From positions 3,840,001-3,904,000 of the forward strand of contig CAVUDP010000002.1 of the NCBI GenBank assembly GCA_963740315.1: 64,000 nucleotides of DNA, written 5' to 3'. Below the pieces are notes generated by a model, which did not search any database, was not told where the DNA came from, and saw nothing but the letters and a program-made list of their open reading frames with translations. Each line of letters opens with the position of its first letter. Positions within the stretch are counted from its first letter, which is position 1. Of this stretch, positions 29,690 to 36,937 are shown in pieces. The position numbers and the translations under genes were made by a program. The stretch comes from an uncultured cyanobacterium. Its GTDB lineage: Bacteria; Cyanobacteriota; Cyanobacteriia; Cyanobacteriales; Nostocaceae.

Positions 29690-30910
29690 ATGACACTCGC
29701 AAAAAGGAAAAATCCACATCTAAAATATAGAAAAACCATCTTTTTTCTGTTATTTGCAACACTCCTAGTTGCAGGTAGTTCGTTTGGCTGGGTTAAATTT
29801 CAACAGGAACAAGAAAGAAAAATTATACTAGCTCAAAGTTTGTTAACCAGAGAATGCAAAGAGCAAACAGAAGCTGATAATTTTTCGGAGACTAGTAAGA
29901 ATGTAAATCAAGCAGTCAAATTATTAGGCAGCGTTCCAAAATTACCTGGTGAGACTTATCCAGAAGCACAAAAAGAACTGACAAAATTTTCTGAATGTAC
30001 CAAAACTGTTGATGCTAAGAGTAGTTTTTTAAATGCTGAAAATTTGAGTAAGAAAGCTTTTTCTGTTGATAATCAAACCGTTCTTCCTATAGAAGAATGG
30101 CAAAAAATTCGTTTTCAGTTAGAAACAGCAATAGTTGAGATTCAAAATATCCCAACTGATGTTGATGTATCAAAACAGGCTCAATCCAAACTCAGTAAAT
30201 ATCAGAATCAGTTAAAACTAATTAATCAAAAGACTCAAAACGAACAAATTGCTGTTAACGCTTTAAGACGCGCTAGAAAGTTAAAATCACAAGCAGAAAA
30301 TATTGTTCGCTTTAATAACTTAAAGTCTTTGTCGAAAGCACAATTACAAATTAATAATGCCATTCAAATTATTAATAGTCCTCCAGATAAAACAACCATA
30401 TCTGAAAACAAAAAAGATTATTTGGAAAGCTATCAAACTCTACTGAATAACATTCAATATAAAATGGCTGTCATTCGGTTAAATAATTTAGTAGATAGTT
30501 TCCAAAATTTTGCTAAAAAACTTCGCAAAAATATGGGATATATCGAATATTCCCAACGTCTTGAAAATCTTAAGTTAAATTTCGAGAATAATTTCAAACA
30601 ACCTTTTGTTATCGAAAATTCCACTACGCAATCTTTAGAGAAAGCACTATCATACTACAGTGATGCGTTAACTATTAAACGCTATTGCTATGAAGGAAAC
30701 TGTATTCACTCCACATCGGCTCTATTAGTTAGATATAGATGGAGAGTATTATGGCTACCTACTTCTTTTAAATTAAACGGTGTACCAATTGCAGAAAAAT
30801 ACGTTTTACCTGCAACCTCTAACATTTTTAGAAAGAAATATGTTAAAGTAAATGACGCTTTGCAAAAAATTTGGTTTGAAGCTGAACAGGAAATAAATCA
30901 AATTAAATAA
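29690..30910 (+). CDS. Membrane-anchored helical hypothetical protein
   Basis: ATG at 29690 after GGAAGG; N-terminal TM followed by helical repeats. Confidence 0.7.
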   Translation: MTLAKRKNPHLKYRKTIFFLLFATLLVAGSSFGWVKFQQEQERKIILAQSLLTRECKEQTEADNFSETSKNVNQAVKLLGSVPKLPGETYPEAQKELTKFSECTKTVDAKSSFLNAENLSKKAFSVDNQTVLPIEEWQKIRFQLETAIVEIQNIPTDVDVSKQAQSKLSKYQNQLKLINQKTQNEQIAVNALRRARKLKSQAENIVRFNNLKSLSKAQLQINNAIQIINSPPDKTTISENKKDYLESYQTLLNNIQYKMAVIRLNNLVDSFQNFAKKLRKNMGYIEYSQRLENLKLNFENNFKQPFVIENSTTQSLEKALSYYSDALTIKRYCYEGNCIHSTSALLVRYRWRVLWLPTSFKLNGVPIAEKYVLPATSNIFRKKYVKVNDALQKIWFEAEQEINQIK

Positions 30911-31041
30911 TTATTACAATTTATTTTACGTTAGCGGTAGTGCAACCCAACCTAGTCAGATTTGAATGCGTTATGCTACCGCTTTTCGCATTCTAAATTG
31001 ACACATTTTTTCAATCATTAAATCTAAATCTGATACTAAAC

Positions 31042-31078
31042 AAGCAAGCGTCAATTCTTTGTAGAACAACGCTTGCTT
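31042..31078. terminator. Hairpin between convergent genes
   Basis: AAGCAAGCGT / ACGCTTGCTT stem. Confidence 0.55.
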
Positions 31079-31155
31079 TCGCTTAGATAATCATTAAACA
31101 AAAAATACACTCGTACACATTATCCAAGCATCGAATCACACACAGTAAGCTAGGT

Positions 31156-31692
31156 CTAATGATAGAGTTTGCTTAGAGCGTGCCAAGTCCGAGGACCTAC
31201 CACTCCATCTGGTTCTAAAGCCATATTTGTTTGGAAGGTAGTTACTGCTGCTTCGGTAATTGCACCAAAAATACCGTCTATATCGAAGCTATAGTAGCTG
31301 TGCAATGATAGGGTTCGTTGAACAAGTCTCACATATTTACCAGTGCTACCGCGACTGAGAACTGGGATGGGTGGAACCGGAGGGGCACCACTATAAAGTG
31401 CTTTCCAAGTTAATGGACCGACGATACCATCTTCTTCGAGATAAACCCGATGTTGGAATGCTTTAACAGCCCATTCAACATATTCGCTGAAGATACCATC
31501 GATAGGGTCGTAATAGTATTCCCAGTATCTCAAGAGTTTTTGCAGTTCTTCAACTGCATCTCCTGTATCCCCTTTTCTCAAAACAGGTTTTCTCAACCTC
31601 GTTGATGTTGGTTCTGTCATTGAAAAGGTAGGAAGGTTTTCGACATTAACAAGATGATTATTTTCTTGTTCGTTTCTTTCTTGAAGTTGCAT
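31156..31692 (-). CDS. Peptidoglycan-binding protein (two PG_binding_1 domains)
   Basis: LRKGDTGDAVEELQ..DGIF..AVKAFQ..DGIVGPLTW, present twice. Confidence 0.9.
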   Translation of the reverse strand: MQLQERNEQENNHLVNVENLPTFSMTEPTSTRLRKPVLRKGDTGDAVEELQKLLRYWEYYYDPIDGIFSEYVEWAVKAFQHRVYLEEDGIVGPLTWKALYSGAPPVPPIPVLSRGSTGKYVRLVQRTLSLHSYYSFDIDGIFGAITEAAVTTFQTNMALEPDGVVGPRTWHALSKLYH

Positions 31693-31853
31693 AATCTTAT
31701 TTCCTCTTACTAGATATAAAAGGGTTTATGCTGCTAGGTACTTACTTAATATATGAGTTAATTTTGTCTAACTAAATAATTTAACTCATAATAGATTAAA
31801 CATTTAAACCCTTGAAAGAATGTTCTCTATATTTTTAAGTTAAACAATAATTG

Positions 31854-31868
31854 TGAGGAAGTTGTGAG
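31854..31868 (-). promoter_or_regulatory. Direct-repeat box copy 11 (CTCACAACTTCCTCA)
   Basis: Followed 11 nt later by TAACTT. Faces the PG-binding gene. Confidence 0.72.
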
Positions 31869-32371
31869 CAAGTAAATAATTTTTATTCTTTTTAAAATGT
31901 TTATTAAATGAAACATAGCAATAATTTTTATCTGCTATTAAACGCTGAGTCTTCCAATATCCCTTTAACCTGCATTAATAAAAGCAAAAGCTATTAAAAA
32001 TTTTAAAATTTTAAAGTCTAATAGAATATATAAGTTAACTTGTGAAGATAATTTGTATCTGTTTTAAAGTCACCTTTATCAAACATTGTCTACTAAGCCT
32101 TTAGTAAAGCCTAAAAGCAACTTACATAAAATACAAAATTTCAGTCTTGGTAAATTTTGGATAAAATTAAAACTGCTGTCGCATCATAAGTATTAATAAT
32201 TAAAAACTGCCAAAGCGATAGAAATAGAAATTAATAAAAAATTCTCAACTGCTGGTATTTATTATCAGCAGTTATCGTTTTACGGCTCACGCCGATGAAA
32301 GGGTGAAGCTCTGCGGGGGAAGATTCCTCCGCAAGACTTCACGTGAAGTCCGTAAATCAAGGATTTGAAAA

Positions 32372-32734
32372 ATGAAAACTCCGCAAGAAATAGCCAGCGA
32401 GCTAAACCAATTTTATGGTTCAACTACTCTCTACAAACACTGGCTCGGCTTAAACTATACCGATGGTATCCAATACTTAGCGAAAGAAGCAAATTGCTAC
32501 TGGTTATTAGATGCCATCGCTTCACATCAAACAAAGCAATTCTTGTCTAATCCACAACTACGAGAATTTCAAATTTGGCATTTACAAGTTCAAGAAAACT
32601 CCGGTGTTTTGATATGCGAATGGGATACCAATCAAGAAGTTTTACGGCAAGAAATTGAGTATACAGATTTTCCATTGAGCCATATCAAAGTTTATTTAGT
32701 TGAAAAAGTTCTCATGCTCCCAAACGAATACTAA
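32372..32734 (+). CDS. DUF6876-like plasmid/phage protein
   Basis: LNQFYGS..YTDGIQYLA..CYWLLDAIAS, FQIW, QEIEYTDFPL, LMLPNEY. Confidence 0.75.
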   Translation: MKTPQEIASELNQFYGSTTLYKHWLGLNYTDGIQYLAKEANCYWLLDAIASHQTKQFLSNPQLREFQIWHLQVQENSGVLICEWDTNQEVLRQEIEYTDFPLSHIKVYLVEKVLMLPNEY

Positions 32735-32764
32735 ATCGCTTCAAGTAGTTAATAGGAGAAAATA

Positions 32765-33010
32765 ATGATTCAGGCAATTGATTCAGAACAGGTATTCGTC
32801 ACAAATTTAGAACAATTCATGACGAAAGCTGACAAGTTCATCAAAATCTACTACTCAGGTGTTAGCGATGAAAATCATTTGAGAGAAATGATGCAAGAAC
32901 TGAAAAACTTAGTTTTAGATACAGATTTACAACAGTTAGAAATCGATTATCAGCATAACTGTGAAATTAAAGATTTAATGGCAGATTATAACGATTCATC
33001 TTGGTGCTGA
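32765..33010 (+). CDS. Small acidic hypothetical protein
   Basis: AGGAG RBS; operonic position. Confidence 0.65.
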   Translation: MIQAIDSEQVFVTNLEQFMTKADKFIKIYYSGVSDENHLREMMQELKNLVLDTDLQQLEIDYQHNCEIKDLMADYNDSSWC

Positions 33011-33097
33011 TTACCGAAACTTAACGTGCTGAAACACTCCAACAGAAAGAGGGCTTACGCCCAATAGAGAAATGAAAATTTAGGAGATATCTGTCTT

Positions 33098-33475
33098 ATG
33101 GCTACACGTAAATCCTCTGCACCAAACTTTCAAGCAATTGATGATTCCGTTTTAGGTGAATATGGAGTTAGTGATTACTCAGAACGCTTATACTCAAAAG
33201 TCTACTATTCCATTCGTTCTTTATGCGGACTTCTTGCTAAAAATAGCTTCCAAGATTTCAACTGGGATGTATTTAAAGAACGTTTTGCAAATGATTTTGG
33301 AAAAGTAGAAGAAAAGCGCTATTCTCTCGAACAATTACTTGAATTTGCTAATCGTAAATTTGGCAAAACTAAGGAAGATTTAGTAGTACTCAACGAATTA
33401 TCTTGGCAGCGGAGACGAGAATATGCTGCACGAGTAAATGCAAGCGTCAATCCTCAAATGAAAGCCGAGAATTAA
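33098..33475 (+). CDS. Hypothetical protein
   Basis: AGGAG RBS; followed by a terminator. Confidence 0.7.
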   Translation: MATRKSSAPNFQAIDDSVLGEYGVSDYSERLYSKVYYSIRSLCGLLAKNSFQDFNWDVFKERFANDFGKVEEKRYSLEQLLEFANRKFGKTKEDLVVLNELSWQRRREYAARVNASVNPQMKAEN

Positions 33476-33499
33476 GACCGAAATTAAAACCATAATTAG

Positions 33500-33532
33500 A
33501 GGGGGATAAAGCAAAATTTATTCCCCTTTTTG
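33500..33532 (+). terminator. Rho-independent terminator
   Basis: AGGGGGATAAA / TTTATTCCCCT stem followed by a T run. Confidence 0.6.
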
Positions 33533-33613
33533 TTGTCATAAATTCTTTCAAATACATCATCAATTCAACCATTTTTCGCTTCATAAAATTCAAAATCATT
33601 TTCCGCTATTATT

Positions 33614-34345
33614 ATGTTAAAAAATAGTTACGTCGTTTGGGAAGGGGCATCTTTGATTGACGGTTCTCCTATAGTTCTGATTTTAACAGGCTTCGTTTCT
33701 CCTAGCACCAATCGTAAGACCGGAAGGCTTCTACAAAGCTGGATTATACAACAAGAATTCGCTCCTACTTTCGCGGCGAAAACAGGTTTAGATGAAGGTA
33801 TTTGTGGCTCTTGCAGTTTAAAGTTGAGTCAAACAGGAAGCTGCTACGTTAATCTCGCACCAATAAATAATATGTACCGAAAATATGTATCAGGTACTTA
33901 TTCTAAATTCAGCAAAAATGAAATAGAAGTTTTAAAGCATTATCGTTATCCTATCAGAATTGGTTCTTATGGCGACCCTACAGCAGTACCATTTGATGTA
34001 TGGGAACCAATCATTTTAGCATCAGGAAGTCATACAGGGTACTCCCACAATTGGAAAAATTGTAAGCCAATTTGGAAACAATATTTAATGGCTTCCGTGC
34101 AAAGTTTGGCAGAAGCACATATTGCTCAAACTCAAGGATGGAGAACTTTTAGAATTATCGCTCCCGATGCATCTTTGAGTGAAAATGAAATCCTTTGTCG
34201 TCATACCGAAGATGATAGGAATAGATGTGAAAATTGTATGCTTTGTGATGGCAATTCTTCAAAACCAAACATTGCTGACAGAGTGCATGGTTTGAAATGG
34301 AAAGTATCGAATTTCGTGAAATATTCCGAGTCACTATCTAATTAG
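33614..34345 (+). CDS. Cys-rich phage-type protein (GP88/radical-SAM-like fold suspected)
   Basis: STNRKTG, CGSC..CYV, RIGSYGDP, HTGYSH, LMASV, GWRTFR, C..CENCMLC. Confidence 0.6.
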   Translation: MLKNSYVVWEGASLIDGSPIVLILTGFVSPSTNRKTGRLLQSWIIQQEFAPTFAAKTGLDEGICGSCSLKLSQTGSCYVNLAPINNMYRKYVSGTYSKFSKNEIEVLKHYRYPIRIGSYGDPTAVPFDVWEPIILASGSHTGYSHNWKNCKPIWKQYLMASVQSLAEAHIAQTQGWRTFRIIAPDASLSENEILCRHTEDDRNRCENCMLCDGNSSKPNIADRVHGLKWKVSNFVKYSESLSN

Positions 34346-34427
34346 CCCTTTAGGAAAGCTTGTGATTACTTATCTTCACCATCACAAGCTTTCAAAATAA
34401 TTCAAAGTGTTTTGCAAGGTAATACTA

Positions 34428-34694
34428 ATGGCAGAAGTTTTAAGTGAACCTCAATTTCAGATATTTACTAATCCAAAAACTGGAGTTAAAACCGGAAGAA
34501 TTTACTTTCCTGCGCTTTTCTTGGCTGATTATCATGAAAGCATTGTTCAATGGCTCCAAAGACAAGACATTCTCTTCTGTGAAACGGACTTAAAGCAATA
34601 CCCAGATGGGTCGTTTCGACTATATTTCAGGACAAATAATTGCCTCGAAACTGAATATTTGCAGCTAGTAAAACCCCTCACGGGGAGTAAATAG
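34428..34694 (+). CDS. Hypothetical protein
   Basis: ATG at 34428; TGRIYFPALFL, DGSFRLYF. Confidence 0.65.
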   Translation: MAEVLSEPQFQIFTNPKTGVKTGRIYFPALFLADYHESIVQWLQRQDILFCETDLKQYPDGSFRLYFRTNNCLETEYLQLVKPLTGSK

Positions 34695-34730
34695 TGAAAT
34701 TTACTGTCTAAGCTAAAACTAAAGTAACCA

Positions 34731-34997
34731 ATGAAGTCAAACTATCGAAACTTTCTAGCTGATGCTAGTAATCAAGAAAAAACTTTTGTGAGTCCTCAAC
34801 CAATAATATCTCAAACTCCAGAGCCAGAAAAAATTAAACATATTCTAATTGGCTCAAAAGAAGCTGTAATAGCGACAATTGAGGTTTTACATAAACTGGG
34901 TTATGCAAATGTACGCGATTGGACTCCGCTGTTACCAACTTCCAATCCAGGAGAAGTAACCAGTGTCCTGGTACGTTCAATAAAAGTCCAACAGTAG
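34731..34997 (+). CDS. Conserved small cyanobacterial plasmid protein
   Basis: HILIGS..V..TI..LH.LGYA.V.DWTPLLPT.NPGEV pattern. Confidence 0.7.
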   Translation: MKSNYRNFLADASNQEKTFVSPQPIISQTPEPEKIKHILIGSKEAVIATIEVLHKLGYANVRDWTPLLPTSNPGEVTSVLVRSIKVQQ

Positions 34998-35016
34998 TTA
35001 CTACAAATACTATAAT

Positions 35017-35044
35017 ATATCCCTCAATATGGGATATTTTTTTT
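35017..35044 (+). terminator. Rho-independent terminator closing the plus-strand small-gene cluster
   Basis: ATATCCC / GGGATAT stem followed by a T run. Confidence 0.65.
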
Positions 35045-35207
35045 CCAACAATAATTTGAAATTTATCTATAATTGATGAGTCAATGCAAAATTACTATTG
35101 ATTGGAGTTCTAGAACATTTCAGGAGGGATATAGATAGTTGAAGCACAGATTGCTTTCTGTTGAATTTTAGAAGTATTACTTTTATTGAAACGGCGTATT
35201 CAACTAG

Positions 35208-36773
35208 TTAATTAAGACCCAAAGCACCCGCTACTTTTGGATTGTAAGTTAATAATTTCAATATCTCTACAACTGGAACTTTTGTTTCATTCATTGAAAT
35301 AACTTGCTCCTTGAGGCGCGATCGCACATAAGTCTTTCCTCTTTTACTCCTATATTCCCACTCGAAATAAAGCTGTTTGACTGGTTTCTTTTTAGTGCTA
35401 TTAGCATTCGCATAACCCCATGAAATATTACCGCTGCCCTCACCGCGTTTACGATAGGTGCTAGGGGGATTGTTAGGTGATATGTTTCCCCCTAGCACCT
35501 GGTCATCATTACTTACTTGAGTATTTGCATGACTTAATTTTGATGAATTATTACCAAGGCTTTGGCTTTCACCTTCTATCCAGGTGCTAGGGGAATTGTT
35601 AAGTAATATATTTCCCCCTAGCACCTGGTCATCATTACTTACTTGAGCATTTGCATGACTTAATTTTGATGAATTATTACCAAGGCTTTGGCTTTCACCT
35701 TCTATCCAGGTGCTAGGGGAATTGTTAGGTGATATATTTCCCCCTAGCACCTGGTCATCATTACTTACTTGAGCATTTGCATGACTTAATTTTGATGAAT
35801 TATTACCAAGGCTTTGGCTTTCACCTTCTATCCGGGTGCTAGGGGAATTAGTTAGTGATATATTTCCCCCTAGCACCTGGTCATCATTACTTACTTGAGC
35901 ATTTGCATGACTTAATTTTGATGAACTATTGTCCGGGGTTTGGCTTTCACCTTCTATCCGGGTGCTAGGGGAATTAGTTAGTGATATATTTCCCCCTAGC
36001 ACCTGGTCATCATTACTTAGTTGAACATTTGCGTGACTTAATTTTGATGAACTATTGTCCGGGGTTTGGCTTTCACCTTCTAACTGGGTGCTAGGGGAAT
36101 TGCTAAGTGATATGTTTTCCCCTAGCACTTTGTTACGATTAATAGGGGGTATTGGGAAATATACCACACCATATTCTTCAAATACTTCCCTAAATCTCTG
36201 CCAATTGTTACCCCAATAAATTAATACATGAGACTGTCTTGCAGATAATTTTGGTTGATAATCTTGACCTAAAAACTTAATTCTCCCCTTGCAAAAACAT
36301 ACAGGTTGAGTTTTCAAAACTGGAGATAACCAATTCGTGTCGGTAGCAGCGGGTACAAGAACAATTGCTTCATCCACATTACCCGTTTCAAATTCGAGTT
36401 GCAGTTTCTTCATCCAAACACCAGGGTGCGAATAGGGAGGGTTCATATAAACTTTCCCACACCAATGCTGTTTCAACCCATCATCATCAAACGTATAATG
36501 CTTTGCTGCTGTTATATGTCGTCCATCATCCGCACAGGGGTCAAGATTGATTTCTCCTAAAACTTTTATGATTAATTTAACAATTGATGGTGGGGTATAC
36601 CAACAGTCAGTTTTGTTACTACCACTAGTTTCTTTTAAAGAAGTTTTAGAACTAGTTTGTGGAAAAGCAGAACCATCATCCCAAGCAGAATCATATTTCA
36701 CACCATCCCAGTCACCTTTTTGATGTTGTGAATCTGGATGGTGATATTGCTCGATATCAAAAAGCATGGTCAT
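35208..36773 (-). CDS. DNA N6-adenine methyltransferase (phage Dam family) with 42-aa tandem repeats and a basic C-terminal domain
   Basis: WYTP, LDPCA, DDGL..W, YMNPPYS, LVPAATDTNW, GRIKF. Confidence 0.85.
   Translation of the reverse strand: MTMLFDIEQYHHPDSQHQKGDWDGVKYDSAWDDGSAFPQTSSKTSLKETSGSNKTDCWYTPPSIVKLIIKVLGEINLDPCADDGRHITAAKHYTFDDDGLKQHWCGKVYMNPPYSHPGVWMKKLQLEFETGNVDEAIVLVPAATDTNWLSPVLKTQPVCFCKGRIKFLGQDYQPKLSARQSHVLIYWGNNWQRFREVFEEYGVVYFPIPPINRNKVLGENISLSNSPSTQLEGESQTPDNSSSKLSHANVQLSNDDQVLGGNISLTNSPSTRIEGESQTPDNSSSKLSHANAQVSNDDQVLGGNISLTNSPSTRIEGESQSLGNNSSKLSHANAQVSNDDQVLGGNISPNNSPSTWIEGESQSLGNNSSKLSHANAQVSNDDQVLGGNILLNNSPSTWIEGESQSLGNNSSKLSHANTQVSNDDQVLGGNISPNNPPSTYRKRGEGSGNISWGYANANSTKKKPVKQLYFEWEYRSKRGKTYVRSRLKEQVISMNETKVPVVEILKLLTYNPKVAGALGLN
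35456..36129. repeat. 126-bp tandem repeat (5 full units plus a partial sixth), each unit carrying a GTGCTAGGGG..CCCCTAGCAC inverted repeat
   Basis: CCTAGCAC starts at 35491, 35617, 35743, 35869, 35995 and 36121, an exact 126-nt period. Confidence 0.95.
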
Positions 36774-36937
36774 TTTGTGCTAATCCTTTTTTATCGACTT
36801 ATATGAAGGGCAGTGGAAAGTAGGCAGTAGGCAGTGGTAATCCCATAATAATGGTGCCTTTAAACTCCATACTGGCGGCTCTTTTAGCAGTTTTACTACT
36901 GCCAACTGCCCACTGGCAACTGCCTTTTTTGGTAAAT

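Noticed and set aside
31900..32250. Integration site (att) or replication origin at the cargo/backbone boundary
   Set aside because: No tRNA, integrase, rep gene or iteron array is visible; the region is only AT-rich. Plasmid versus ICE cannot be decided from this window.
32285..32350. Hammerhead ribozyme (GATGA..GAA-like words)
   Set aside because: The CUGAUGA core is imperfect (CCGATGA) and the required three-stem GAAA/UH arrangement could not be built.
35456..36129. CRISPR array (palindromic repeats at regular spacing)
   Set aside because: The intervening sequences are near-identical rather than unique spacers, the period is 126 bp, the array is in frame within a CDS, and no cas genes are present.
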